NCBI GenBank assembly: GCA_964542785.1
Contig: CAZIUK010000003.1
Coordinates: 12,946-76,945, forward strand
Source of the DNA: an uncultured Planctomycetales bacterium
GTDB lineage: Bacteria > Omnitrophota > Gorgyraeia > Gygaellales > Profunditerraquicolaceae
Direction: 5' to 3'
Length of the DNA: 64,000 nt
Shown here in pieces: positions 9,349 to 19,403 of the stretch; positions within the stretch are counted from its first letter, which is position 1; the number at the start of each line of letters is the position of its first letter. The notes under the pieces were generated by a model. That model saw nothing but the letters and a program-made list of their open reading frames with translations, made no database searches and was not told the DNA's origin. Both the position numbers and the translations under genes were made by a program.

Positions 9349-11643
9349 ATGAAAAGATTAGAGAGTTTTTTAAGAATATTATTTATTTTCCCGCTGGCCT
9401 TGGCCCTTGTTAGTCTTTCTCAACCGGCGGTCAAAGTTTTAAAAGCCGGCGAAGAGCCTATTACAGCTTCCTCCGCAGAACTTATTAATAAGGCTTGGGC
9501 CGCGCATGGTAGGCGGAATATTGAGGCGACCTTTAAATACACCCAGCAGGTTATAGATCTTTATAAAGATAAGGCAGATAAAGACCAGGCGGGTTTAAGG
9601 TCGCTGCCTAAGAGCAAGGATGAGATAGAAGATGTAAGGGCTTTAAATGACGTAGCTACTGCTTATTTTATCCAGGCGGAGAGTTATCTGCGCCAAGATA
9701 AGCCTAAAGAGGCTAAGCAGTTGTTAGAATTGGTAGTTAGTAAGTATCCTTTTGCTCAAGCCTGGGACCAACGGGGATGGTTCTGGTCAATAAAAACAGC
9801 TGCGGAGCAAACGATTAAGAAGATAGAGACCGGTTCAATTGAGGTAGAAAAGAAAAAGAAGGTAAGCCAGTTAGTTACTGATATTAACCTTTATGATTCC
9901 GGGAAAGAGGATTTTTTAGATTATACCAAGTATGGGGAATTTAAGAATGTAGGGACAAAGGATTATAAGTATCATGTTACTGATCAGGCGGGTTTAATTG
10001 CCGCAGTAGGTGAAGGCATTTATCCTAACTCTACTTCTGTAAGGTGGGATCCTGCTTTTAAAAACGCATTAAAAGAAAAGAGACTTGAAGGGGAGCTTTG
10101 GGATTTTCTCCAATCCCCGGATTTAGAGGCTGCATTTTTTAAATGGGCCACAGCTTCAGAGCCGCAGGGGGTAAAATTATTCTATACGGCATTAATTTTA
10201 GAGAAGGCAGGTTTGATAAAACATGCGCTTAAATGTTATTATGCTATTGTTGTTCATTTTCCCGGGAGTTATGGGTGGACATACTTTAAGACCCCTTGGT
10301 ATGTAGGCCAAGCTGCTCTTTCTAAGATAAAATTTATTCTTAAGAATAATCCTCAGTTAGGGTATAAACTTGAGGGTGCAGATATAAAGATTGTTAATGG
10401 GTATGATAATAATGTTGCGAACGACATTGCAGTAGTAAGTCCGGGCAAGTTTGTTAAAGTCAAGAGAACTGAGGTATCTTCTAAAAATAGTATTAAGCCC
10501 TTGAAGATTAAAAGGCAGTCAGGGGCGGGCAAGGTTTATACAGTGCAGTATGAAAATGGAGACTGGCAACTTATGGTAGAAGGGAAACCTTATATAATAA
10601 AAGGGATTACCTATACTGCAACTAAGGTCGGGCAATCCCCAGATGAGGGGACATTGACCAGCTGGATGGAGGATGATTTTAATAACAATAAGAGGCCAGA
10701 CGGGCCGTACGATGCTTTTTTAGATACTAACCCTAATTTACCTATTGGGGATTTTAAATTAATGAAAGATATGGGGGTAAATACCATAAGGCTTTATCAT
10801 CATCCTGAGAAAGTAAATAAAGAGGTTTTAAGGGATATGTATAATACTTATGGTATCCGCGTAATTCTGGGGGATTTTTTAGGTAAATATGCTTTAGGCT
10901 CAGGTGCTGCGTGGGATCCGGGGACCGATTATAATAACGAGGAACATAAGAAGAATATGATTGAATCGGTTAAAAAGATGGTTTATGAACATAAGGATGA
11001 GCCGTATCTTTTATTTTGGGTTTTAGGAAATGAAAATGTCTACGGGTATGCGTGTAATGCTAATACTGATCCGGATGCTTTTTTTAAATTTGCCAATGAA
11101 GTGGCTAAGATCATTAAATCTATTGATTCTGACCATCCTGTGGCTATATGTAGTGGAGATATACTTTATCTAGATAGGTTTGGCAAGAGTTCTACGGATA
11201 TAGATATTTTTGGGGCTAATTCTTACCGCGGAGACTACGGCTTTGGCCGTTTCTGGAAGAGTGTTAAAGAGGAGGCAGGCATACCTGCCTTTATTACTGA
11301 GTATGGTTGTTCTGCATATGTAGAGGGGAAGTCTTTGCTTGAGGCAGAGGAGCTTCAGGCATCTTACCATAAAGGTTCTTGGGAAGATATAGCCTTTAAC
11401 ATGGCTTTTGGAGAAGGAGAAGGGAATGCTTTAGGCGGAGTAATATTTGAGTGGATGGATGAGTGGTGGAAGGGTTATGAGCCATTTATCCATGATACTA
11501 AAGGGCTTTGGGCAGGTCCATTCCCGGGAGGATATATGCTTGAAGAGTGGTTAGGCTTATGCGGGCAAGGGGATGGAAAAGAGAGCCCGTTTTTTAGGCA
11601 TCTGCGTAAAGCTTATTACACTTATCAAGAGATGTGGAGGTGA
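9349..11643 (+). CDS. Secreted glycoside-hydrolase-like protein with a clan GH-A (GH2/GH5-like) TIM-barrel catalytic region and a ~400-aa N-terminal extension
   Basis: It has a signal peptide. WVLGNENVYGY fits the NEx acid/base motif and ITEYGCSAY fits a TEYG-type nucleophile (cf. ITEYG of GH2 beta-glucuronidase). It is paralogous to 13022..14188. Confidence 0.55.
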   Translation: MKRLESFLRILFIFPLALALVSLSQPAVKVLKAGEEPITASSAELINKAWAAHGRRNIEATFKYTQQVIDLYKDKADKDQAGLRSLPKSKDEIEDVRALNDVATAYFIQAESYLRQDKPKEAKQLLELVVSKYPFAQAWDQRGWFWSIKTAAEQTIKKIETGSIEVEKKKKVSQLVTDINLYDSGKEDFLDYTKYGEFKNVGTKDYKYHVTDQAGLIAAVGEGIYPNSTSVRWDPAFKNALKEKRLEGELWDFLQSPDLEAAFFKWATASEPQGVKLFYTALILEKAGLIKHALKCYYAIVVHFPGSYGWTYFKTPWYVGQAALSKIKFILKNNPQLGYKLEGADIKIVNGYDNNVANDIAVVSPGKFVKVKRTEVSSKNSIKPLKIKRQSGAGKVYTVQYENGDWQLMVEGKPYIIKGITYTATKVGQSPDEGTLTSWMEDDFNNNKRPDGPYDAFLDTNPNLPIGDFKLMKDMGVNTIRLYHHPEKVNKEVLRDMYNTYGIRVILGDFLGKYALGSGAAWDPGTDYNNEEHKKNMIESVKKMVYEHKDEPYLLFWVLGNENVYGYACNANTDPDAFFKFANEVAKIIKSIDSDHPVAICSGDILYLDRFGKSSTDIDIFGANSYRGDYGFGRFWKSVKEEAGIPAFITEYGCSAYVEGKSLLEAEELQASYHKGSWEDIAFNMAFGEGEGNALGGVIFEWMDEWWKGYEPFIHDTKGLWAGPFPGGYMLEEWLGLCGQGDGKESPFFRHLRKAYYTYQEMWR

Positions 11644-11751
11644 AATCGGAGGAGAAAGGAGTGGAGAATAAACAGGTATATAAAAATAAAAAATATAAAT
11701 AATGGAGTAAGATATATATTAAGTTAAAAAGAAGGAAAGGAAGGTGCGGCA

Positions 11752-12888
11752 ATGAAAAAAATATTGGTAGTCTTGTTAATGTTAGGCTTGATTTTGCCTA
11801 TGGCTCATTCAGTTCAGGCACAGCCTAAGGAGTTTGTGGTTTATTTTGATAAGAACGCCAAGAATAATCATTATATCCCTGCCGGTTGGATGGGGGATAC
11901 AGGGGATATTACCCTTGATGATAATTCAGCAGATAATCCGTATTCAGGGACGACTTCTATGAAATTTGTTTATAGCGCCAAGAAATCCCAAAAACAAGGA
12001 TGGGCTGGAGTATATTGGCAGAGCTCTCCTAATAACTGGGGGAATAAGAAGAGTGGATTTGATCTCTCCGGTATGACCAAACTTACCTTTTGGGCGCGTG
12101 GGGCAAAGGGAGGAGAAGTAATACATAAGTTTGTAGTCGGAGGTTTAAAGGGTATTTACCCGGATTCAGCAACTATTGAGATGGGCCCTGTAGAACTAAC
12201 TAATTCTTGGAAGCAATATACTATTAACCTTGCCGGGAAAGACCTTACTTATATAAATGGCGGTTTTTCTTGGGTGACGAATGCGGATTTAAACCCCGAT
12301 GGTGCAACCTTCTACATTGACGATATTAAATTTGAAGCAGATTCTTCTATGAAACCGGAAGGAAAAAAAGAAGAAGCTATGCCTTTTTATGTTTTTTCTG
12401 ACAGGTCTTCTATGAACAATCATTTTATCCCTTCGGGTTGGATGGGTGATTTTGGCGATTTAAAGTATGATATATCTAAAGAAGATCCGTATTTAGGAGA
12501 TACCTGCATTAAATTATCTTATAGTGCTAAAAAGGCGCAGGGTGCTGGTTGGGCAGGTATATACTGGCAAAACCCGGCTCATAATTGGGGGACAGTTGAC
12601 GCAGGATACGATTTGTCTAAAGCTAAAAGCCTTACATTTTGGGCTAAAGGGGCTGAAGGAGAAGAGCGTATTGAGGAGTTTAAAGTCGGAGGAGTAATGG
12701 GAGAGTTCTCTGATTCTGATTCGGCAGTAATTGGCCCGGTTATTTTAAATAAGGAATGGACAAAATATACCATTGACTTAAAAGGCAAGGATATGTCCTA
12801 TATTATCAGCGGATTCTGCTTATCTGCTAACGCAGATAATAATCCTGAAGGCGCTGAGTTTTATTTGGATGAGATTAAATTCGAATAA
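11752..12888 (+). CDS. Secreted protein with two tandem paralogous beta-sandwich (CBM-like) domains
   Basis: It has a signal peptide. The internal duplication is HYIPAGWMGDTGD...YSAKKSQKQGWAGVYWQSSPNNWG versus HFIPSGWMGDFGD...YSAKKAQGAGWAGIYWQNPAHNWG. The GWxGxYW aromatic-rich motif suggests carbohydrate binding. Confidence 0.5.
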   Translation: MKKILVVLLMLGLILPMAHSVQAQPKEFVVYFDKNAKNNHYIPAGWMGDTGDITLDDNSADNPYSGTTSMKFVYSAKKSQKQGWAGVYWQSSPNNWGNKKSGFDLSGMTKLTFWARGAKGGEVIHKFVVGGLKGIYPDSATIEMGPVELTNSWKQYTINLAGKDLTYINGGFSWVTNADLNPDGATFYIDDIKFEADSSMKPEGKKEEAMPFYVFSDRSSMNNHFIPSGWMGDFGDLKYDISKEDPYLGDTCIKLSYSAKKAQGAGWAGIYWQNPAHNWGTVDAGYDLSKAKSLTFWAKGAEGEERIEEFKVGGVMGEFSDSDSAVIGPVILNKEWTKYTIDLKGKDMSYIISGFCLSANADNNPEGAEFYLDEIKFE

Positions 12889-12896
12889 AAAAATCA

Positions 12897-12965
12897 GGGA
12901 CGGCTCTTGTGCCGTTTTAAAAGTGTCCCCTTTTTGTCTTTGGGGACACTTCTGCTTTATTTTTA
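12897..12965 (+). terminator. Two consecutive rho-independent terminator hairpins after the CBM-like gene
   Basis: The first is ACGGC-tcttgt-GCCGT followed by TTTT. The second is AAGTGTCCCC-tttttgtcttt-GGGGACACTT (10-bp stem) followed by tctgcTTTaTTTTT. The second stem (GGGGACAC) resembles the dispersed GGGGACAGCGAC repeat. Confidence 0.65.
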
Positions 12966-13021
12966 GAGCCATCCCTATTTTTATTTTAGTTATTTTTAAT
13001 TTAGGCGCGGCTGTAAGGCCT

Positions 13022-14188
13022 ATGCCAAAAGCCTTTGTTAAAAAGTTAAAGAACAGCCATTACCAGCTCATCGTGGAAGGCAAGCCCTATGTTATAAAAG
13101 GTGTTTGTTATAATCCTATACCTATAGGCCAAAACCATGAATATAATTGGTGGGGTGATCCTAATAAGCCTTGGGAGATAGACGGCGAGCTTATGCAGAA
13201 GATGGGGGTTAATGCTATAAGGGTATATCAGGTGCAGGGCGAACCGGAAGAGGTAAAAAGAGTTATAAGGTATTTATATGAGAAGCACGGCATACGCACT
13301 ATATTAGGAGATTGGCTCGGTTTTTGGGAGTTTCCCTGTCCTTTTTATGGAGATAAAAGGTTTCAGAAGAAGATAAAAGAAGAGGTTTTAAATATGGTCA
13401 AAGAGTATAAGGACGAGCCCGGGGTCCTAATGTGGGTTTTAGGGAATGAGAATAATTATTCTTGTTTAGGGCATGTTAATCCTTGGGGTAATGAGGACAT
13501 TGACAAAGAGACCGACCCTCAGAAACAAAAGGCGATGCGCGCTAAGGTTTATTATTCTTTTGTAAATGAGATAGCGTTAGAGATAAAAAAGATTGATAAA
13601 GACCATCCGGTGGCGTTAGGGAACGGAGAGCTTGTGGGGTTAGAGTTTGCCAAAGAATATGCCCCGGATATAGACATAGTTGCTTGTATAATTTATCGCG
13701 GAAAAACCTTCGGCAACCTTTTTAACTCGCTTCGGCTTACCTTTGATAAGCCTATATTTTTATCTGAGTTCGGCGCGGATGCGTATGATGCGTATTTAAA
13801 AAAAGAAGACCAGAATATGCAGGCTTTTTTCTTAGAATCGCAGTGGCGGCAGGTTTATCAAAACTTAGCCGGCAATATAGATGGCGCGGGAAACTGCCTT
13901 GGTGGAGCAATGTTTGAATGGACGGATGAATGGTGGAAGCATGATGAACATAATCCGGATAGTTGGAGCGTGCATGATACCGGTTCAAATTGGTCTAATA
14001 GCAGTTATTATTTTGATATCAAGGCTGAAGGGAATAAGAATATGAATGAGGAGTGGTTCGGCTTGGTAGAGCTTTTAAAAGAAGAAGAGTGCGGGATAAA
14101 TAAAAGGCTGCCAAGGAAAGCGTATTATGTTGTAAGGGAATTTTGGAATGAGCCGGGCTTAAATAAAAATAAAAGGAATAAAAAATGA
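13022..14188 (+). CDS. Clan GH-A glycoside-hydrolase-like protein (paralog of 9349..11643 catalytic region), probably cytoplasmic
   Basis: WVLGNENNYS and LSEFGADAY motifs are present. GGAMFEWTDEWWKHDE parallels GGVIFEWMDEWWKGYE. The track ORF starts at 12869, but that 5' part spans the upstream terminator hairpins, so the start is more likely ATG 13022, which has the RBS-like taagg upstream. Confidence 0.55.
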   Translation: MPKAFVKKLKNSHYQLIVEGKPYVIKGVCYNPIPIGQNHEYNWWGDPNKPWEIDGELMQKMGVNAIRVYQVQGEPEEVKRVIRYLYEKHGIRTILGDWLGFWEFPCPFYGDKRFQKKIKEEVLNMVKEYKDEPGVLMWVLGNENNYSCLGHVNPWGNEDIDKETDPQKQKAMRAKVYYSFVNEIALEIKKIDKDHPVALGNGELVGLEFAKEYAPDIDIVACIIYRGKTFGNLFNSLRLTFDKPIFLSEFGADAYDAYLKKEDQNMQAFFLESQWRQVYQNLAGNIDGAGNCLGGAMFEWTDEWWKHDEHNPDSWSVHDTGSNWSNSSYYFDIKAEGNKNMNEEWFGLVELLKEEECGINKRLPRKAYYVVREFWNEPGLNKNKRNKK

Positions 14189-15780
14189 AAAAAATAACCT
14201 TATTTATTATACTTCTATTTTTTATTTTTTTTCCAAAGGTAAAAATTTTTGCCTTTGACTTAGATGAGTTAAAAAAATGCGCCTGCGAAGGAGTTTTGGA
14301 TAATAATCTTGTTAGAGGATGCCTTAATGAGGCTAAGAGCGGGTATCTAAAAGAGAATAGGTATTCGGAGTTTGTGGAGCTTCTAAAAAGCTTGTGCCCA
14401 AACAAAGAAGCAAATAGATTGTTAAATTACAATATAGCATTAGCGCGTTATGAGCAGTTAAAGTATTTAGAGGAGTCTAAGGGGTGGGATGAGTATTTTG
14501 CCATGGGGAATAATTACCGAAATGATATAGCAAGAGAAGCCGGTTTAGTTATTATCTCTTTACCTGAGGATAGCCGGGAGTCTCTTGAGGCGAGGCTCCT
14601 TCTTTATAGGTTCCATAAAGACCAGCAGGATTCTTTTGTTGAGGATGCGCTCTTAGACTTAATGGCCTCTGCACAAGGGTATGCAAAATTTGGCGATGAC
14701 CCAAGCCTTTTAAAAGAGGTTGCGGATACCCTTTTTTCTTACCAAGAGAGCTTCAGGTCTAAAGAGGCGTATAGGTTGTATGTTGCTTTACTTACAAGGT
14801 TAGATATAAAAGATGAAGAATTAAAAAAATTAGCGGTTCAATTTTATCAAGAAGGGAACTTAGAGTTAGCAGAGAATATTTATGATACCTATATGACAAG
14901 AATTAATGACTCTTTTCTGCAAGAGGATATTTTAAAAGAATTAAAGGAAGTAGCGAGGTTATTTTCTTATAAAGACTCAGGGCATTATGATTTAGATTAT
15001 GCTGAAAGTATTTTTCAGAAGATAGAGGACATAGACGGTATAGATGCTTTTGACGAAGATTTAATTTATATGCGTGGGTTTAACTTGGAGAAGAATAAAT
15101 CTTTTGAAAAGACAAAGAATATTTATTTAATGCTTTTAAAGGATTATCCTGAAAGCCGTTATGCTCAAGAGGTTATTTTTAAACTCGGCGTTATCTTTAC
15201 CTATGCCTTGAGGGACCCTAAAGAAGGGGAAGGGTATTTTAAGCTCCTTGCCGATAAGCAGGATTTAACTTCTTATTCTTTAAGTAGTTTATACCAGTTA
15301 GGATTAATAAAGCAGTGGGAGGCGGATACCGCTGCCGCTAAAAATTATTACAATAAATTAATTAGCAATTCTCAAATAAGTGAAGAAACGAACCTCGTTT
15401 TGGCGGCTAAGAAGAGATTAAAAGAGGTAGAGGATAAAGAGCCTATGGAGCATAACCTTAGATTTTTTATGGATGCTTCTCTTGGAAAAGAGTTTTCGGG
15501 TTTAGGCATGAGTAAGGTTGGTTTAAGGCCGAATATTTATATGCCTAAATTAACTGAAGACATAAATATAAGTTCTTACGTTTATCTTGCTGCAAGCGGT
15601 TGTTTTAATGTTGAGGTACAGTATCTCTGGTCAGGGGATTTAGGAGGGGCTGAACCCGGGGTAAAGGATCCCGGGTTTAACCTATCCTATAAAAATCCTG
15701 GGACAAAGATAGTAGGTCTGGTTTTAATCTCGCCAACAGGCATAACAGATTATGCCTTTGACTTTGTAGATGTCAGGTAA
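14185..15780 (+). CDS. Secreted helical-repeat (TPR-like) protein of unknown function
   Basis: It has the signal peptide MKKITLFIILLFFIFFPKVKIFA. It is helical-repeat rich, and its start overlaps the upstream stop (ATGA). Confidence 0.45.
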   Translation: MKKITLFIILLFFIFFPKVKIFAFDLDELKKCACEGVLDNNLVRGCLNEAKSGYLKENRYSEFVELLKSLCPNKEANRLLNYNIALARYEQLKYLEESKGWDEYFAMGNNYRNDIAREAGLVIISLPEDSRESLEARLLLYRFHKDQQDSFVEDALLDLMASAQGYAKFGDDPSLLKEVADTLFSYQESFRSKEAYRLYVALLTRLDIKDEELKKLAVQFYQEGNLELAENIYDTYMTRINDSFLQEDILKELKEVARLFSYKDSGHYDLDYAESIFQKIEDIDGIDAFDEDLIYMRGFNLEKNKSFEKTKNIYLMLLKDYPESRYAQEVIFKLGVIFTYALRDPKEGEGYFKLLADKQDLTSYSLSSLYQLGLIKQWEADTAAAKNYYNKLISNSQISEETNLVLAAKKRLKEVEDKEPMEHNLRFFMDASLGKEFSGLGMSKVGLRPNIYMPKLTEDINISSYVYLAASGCFNVEVQYLWSGDLGGAEPGVKDPGFNLSYKNPGTKIVGLVLISPTGITDYAFDFVDVR

Positions 15781-15892
15781 TCCTTACAACCTGGGCATTT
15801 CTCATTAATTCTTAATAATACTTGACTTATGTTTTATTTAGTAGTATAAATAATTCAGTATATTTTGCCACGGAGATAAAGGAAATGTTTTT

Positions 15893-17059
15893 ATGCGCAA
15901 TTTTGATTTCGATAAAGAGGTCTCTAGCGAAAAAGGAAAACGCAATATTGAAATTTTAGATATTTTAAGAAAACGCGGTCCGCTAAGTAGGCCGGAGATC
16001 TCTAAGGATATGGGTATCAATGTCGTTACCATATCTAATTATATAAATGATTTTATAAAAAACAATTTGGTCTTTGAAAAAGAGCTTGATATCTCTGAAG
16101 GGGGCAGAAGGCCTTTGCTTTTAGATTTAAACCCGCAAGCCGGATTTGTTATCGGCGTGGGTTTAAATCTTACCAATATGGTCGGAGTATTAGTGGACCT
16201 TAAGGGGAATATAATTACTAAGACTCAAACCGCAAGACCAAAAGTTTTGGCTAAAGAGATATCTGAGTGTGCTCTGGAGATTATACGTGAAATACTGAGG
16301 CGCTCTAAAGAATATTCTTCCGAGATTAAAGGGATTGGCATTGGGGTTGCAGGGTTAGTTAATAAAGATACCGGCTTAATACACTGGCCCCAAAAGGCGG
16401 ATCGCTATTATACCTATCTTTCTTTAGACCTGCCTCTTAAAGAACTTATAGAAAAAGAATTCGGGTTTCCTTGTCTAATTGAAAATGATGCTACCAGCGC
16501 ATGTTTTGGGGAGCAGTGGTTTGGCGCTGGGCAGGGGTATAAGAATATTATATATATGTTCTCCGGAGTTGGTTGTGGCATAATGATAAATGGAGATGTT
16601 TACCGTGGGGCAAAAGGGTATGCAGGAGAGTTAGCTATTTATAGCCATAAAGAAGAGGATATCTTTAACTGTGATTTAGGCCCTGAATGTTTTGTTAAGC
16701 CTTGGGAGACAGATCTTAAGATGCTTAAAGATACGGGGAAACCAGATTTAAGGACTCTATTTAATCTTATTTGGCAAGGTGATGAGCAGGCTTCAAAAGC
16801 TATTATAAGAGCGGCAAAGAGGTTAGGGGTTAAAATAGCTTTTTTAGTGAATCTTCTTAACCCTGAGATGGTTGTTATTGGGGGAGGGCTAGAAGATGCA
16901 GGAGATAGTTTTTTAAAAGAGGTAAATAGTACTGTAAATGATTGGGCTTTTAGCGAATCTACCAAAGGCTTAAGAATAGTTTTTTCTCAATTGCGGGAAA
17001 ACTCAGTTGCCTTAGGAGCAGCCAGTATAGTAATACAAAGGGTTTTTGCGCAAGCATAA
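15893..17059 (+). CDS. ROK-family transcriptional regulator (NagC/XylR-like)
   Basis: It has an N-terminal HTH (ILRKRGPLSRPEISKDMGINVVTISNYI) followed by a ROK sugar-kinase fold (GIGVAGLV, CGCGIMINGDVYRGAKGYAGELAI). Confidence 0.8.
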   Translation: MRNFDFDKEVSSEKGKRNIEILDILRKRGPLSRPEISKDMGINVVTISNYINDFIKNNLVFEKELDISEGGRRPLLLDLNPQAGFVIGVGLNLTNMVGVLVDLKGNIITKTQTARPKVLAKEISECALEIIREILRRSKEYSSEIKGIGIGVAGLVNKDTGLIHWPQKADRYYTYLSLDLPLKELIEKEFGFPCLIENDATSACFGEQWFGAGQGYKNIIYMFSGVGCGIMINGDVYRGAKGYAGELAIYSHKEEDIFNCDLGPECFVKPWETDLKMLKDTGKPDLRTLFNLIWQGDEQASKAIIRAAKRLGVKIAFLVNLLNPEMVVIGGGLEDAGDSFLKEVNSTVNDWAFSESTKGLRIVFSQLRENSVALGAASIVIQRVFAQA

Positions 17060-17073
17060 ATTAAGGAGGATAG

Positions 17074-18228
17074 ATGGAGCAGAAGGAAAAGTTTATTATT
17101 GTAGGCCTCATTGGGGTTGCGGTTGTCTGCGCTTTTCTTTTAATTCAGTCAGCTGGCGATAGACAGCAGTTGACGCACGAACGAGACGAGCTAAAGAAGG
17201 AGAATGTAAGTTTAACTTTAAAGATAGACAGGTTTACTGCTGATTTGCGCGCCTATCAGGATAAGATAAATTCTTTAAATGCTGATTTAGATAAGGCTTA
17301 TCAGGATAAGGCGGAGTTTGAAAAAAAATATATATTAGTAAATAAAGCTCGGGAAGAGTTGGTAGAAAAATTAAAATCTCAAGCGCGCCCTGCTTTGGCA
17401 GTCCAAGAGACTCAACAGTCTTCTGCCCCACAGGCAAATGATGTTTATTGGGCAGATATACTAAAAACAAAGACTGACCTTGAGCTTCAGCTGAATAATT
17501 TAAGAGGAGAGCTTAAAAAGTTGCAGATAGATAATGAGCAGTTGCAAAGAGAAAAGGGTTCTTTTGAGTTAGAGCTAAATAATTTAAAGCGGGAGAAGGA
17601 CGATTTAAGCAGGCAGTTAGACTATAATAAAAAATTATTGGATAGTTTGGCGCAGGAGTTAGTAAGGGAAAAGAACGATAAAACTCAAATTCAGGATAGC
17701 TATAAACTTATACGTAATGAGAACTCTGTTTTAACCAGGCAGATAAATAGGCTTAACTTGCGCAAGGTAGATTTGGAGAGAAAGCTTCAAGAGGCAAATG
17801 AAGAAAGATCTAACCTTGAGCATAGGGCCCAAGAGATGGAGGTTATGCTTACCGAAAGGTTAAATCAGATTAATAACCTTAAAGAGAGGATAGAGAGTGT
17901 AAGGTCAGGCGAACCTCTTAAGGGGCAGAAGCAGGAATCGGTAAATTTGCCTGCTATAGTAGTAAAACCTAAAGATCCGGCTTACTACCATCAGGATGAT
18001 ACAGGCTCTAGCCTTATAGGAAAAATTATGGCGGTGAATAAGGAGAATAATTTTGTAATTATTGATTTAGGGGAAGAGGCAGGCGTGAAGGTAGGTGATA
18101 CGCTTAGGGTTTATAGGAATGATAAGCCTATTGCGAATATTGAGGTTACGCAGGTACGACGGAACATCTCTGCCTGTGATATAAAGCAGCAAGGTTCTAC
18201 AATAAAAATCGGCGATACAGTAAGGTAA
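17074..18228 (+). CDS. Membrane-anchored coiled-coil protein with a small C-terminal beta domain
   Basis: It has an N-terminal TM segment (IIVGLIGVAVVCAFLLI) and about 250 aa of heptad-rich Q/E/K/L sequence. No enzyme motif is recognisable. Confidence 0.45.
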   Translation: MEQKEKFIIVGLIGVAVVCAFLLIQSAGDRQQLTHERDELKKENVSLTLKIDRFTADLRAYQDKINSLNADLDKAYQDKAEFEKKYILVNKAREELVEKLKSQARPALAVQETQQSSAPQANDVYWADILKTKTDLELQLNNLRGELKKLQIDNEQLQREKGSFELELNNLKREKDDLSRQLDYNKKLLDSLAQELVREKNDKTQIQDSYKLIRNENSVLTRQINRLNLRKVDLERKLQEANEERSNLEHRAQEMEVMLTERLNQINNLKERIESVRSGEPLKGQKQESVNLPAIVVKPKDPAYYHQDDTGSSLIGKIMAVNKENNFVIIDLGEEAGVKVGDTLRVYRNDKPIANIEVTQVRRNISACDIKQQGSTIKIGDTVR

Positions 18229-18235
18229 TTATTAA

Positions 18236-19261
18236 ATGGCACGCATTAAGAAGAATCCCACCGGAAGTATCTCTATAGAGGATGTTGCTAAAAGAGCAGG
18301 GGTTTCTATCACTACCGTCTCTAGAGTTATTAATAAGGTTGGGACGGTAAAGGAGAAAAACCGGCTTAAGGTTTTAAGCGCTATAAAAGAGTTAAAATTC
18401 CAACCTTCGGTTTTTGCCCAAAGGCTTGCTACGGGAAAAAGCAATGTGGTTGCTTTAATTATCCCTCGCTACGAAGGGGTATTTTATTCTTTTTATGCAT
18501 TAGAGTTAATTCGCGCTACGGGAAACCTCTGCGAAGTTTTTAATCTAGACCTTTTGCTTCATCTAACTGATAGCCATAAGAGAGCCCCGCTTAATTTAAA
18601 GGGCGTGGGGGGGGTTATGTTTTCGGATATTATCGGTACCCGTTTTCAGGTAGAAGAAGCAATAACTTCAGGCACACCAGCAGTTGTAATAAATAATTAT
18701 GTTAAAGACCTGCCGGTAAGTTGTGTGGCTATTGATAATGTAGGCGGCGCAGAAAACGCAGTTAATTATTTGGTAAGCCTAGGGCATAAAAAAATAGCGC
18801 ATATTACAGGAGACATAACAACGCAGGCAGCAGCCTTAAGGCTTGAGGGGTATATTCAGGCATTAAAAAAGAATAATATCCCGGTAAGAGAAGAGTATAT
18901 ATTAAAAACAGATTATTCTAGGGGGCAGGCTAGGTCTGCAGCAGAGACTTTATTTAAGCTTTCTAATATCCCTACGGCAGTTTTTGTGGCTTCAGATTCA
19001 ATGGCACTTGAGGTTATGACTTTAGCGCGCGAGATGGGCAAGAGTATCCCTACGGATTTATCTATTGTAGGATTTGATGATAACCCCTCAGGGCTTTACG
19101 GGCCCGTGGCATTGACTACAGTTAGACAGCCTTTAATTAAGATGGCGGAAGAGGGGGTAAAGGAATTAAATAGGTTGATGACCTTAAAAAAAGGAAGCCA
19201 AGTAAAAAAAGTTATTTTACCGACGGAACTAATCGTAAGGGAATCCTGCCGAAGCCTTTAA
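18236..19261 (+). CDS. LacI-family transcriptional regulator
   Basis: It has an N-terminal HTH (ISIEDVAKRAGVSITTVSRVIN) and a periplasmic-binding-protein-like sugar-binding core. Confidence 0.85.
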   Translation: MARIKKNPTGSISIEDVAKRAGVSITTVSRVINKVGTVKEKNRLKVLSAIKELKFQPSVFAQRLATGKSNVVALIIPRYEGVFYSFYALELIRATGNLCEVFNLDLLLHLTDSHKRAPLNLKGVGGVMFSDIIGTRFQVEEAITSGTPAVVINNYVKDLPVSCVAIDNVGGAENAVNYLVSLGHKKIAHITGDITTQAAALRLEGYIQALKKNNIPVREEYILKTDYSRGQARSAAETLFKLSNIPTAVFVASDSMALEVMTLAREMGKSIPTDLSIVGFDDNPSGLYGPVALTTVRQPLIKMAEEGVKELNRLMTLKKGSQVKKVILPTELIVRESCRSL

Positions 19262-19271
19262 TTTTTTTAAT

Positions 19272-19315
19272 ACAATCAGTTGTATATCTATCGTTCTTAA
19301 AGCACAATATATTGT
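19272..19315 (+). promoter_or_regulatory. Tandem NrdR-box-like palindromes upstream of nrdJ
   Basis: Box 1 is ACAATCAGTTGT (19272-19283) and box 2 is the perfect palindrome ACAATATATTGT (19304-19315). Their centres are about 32 bp apart, which is the typical NrdR box spacing. A TTGACA at 19325 and the AGGAG RBS at ~19393 follow. Confidence 0.45.
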
Positions 19316-19403
19316 AATTTTTTATTGACAAGTAAATGTCTCTTGTGTTATTATTGTCTATAAAAATAAAATGTCTTTTTAATTTTTCTAATAGGAGATT
19401 GTT

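Noticed and set aside
12869-13021. The N-terminal 51-aa extension of the second GH-like gene as annotated in the ORF track.
   Set aside because: This stretch contains the two terminator hairpins of the upstream gene. ATG 13022, which has an RBS-like sequence upstream, is the more plausible start.
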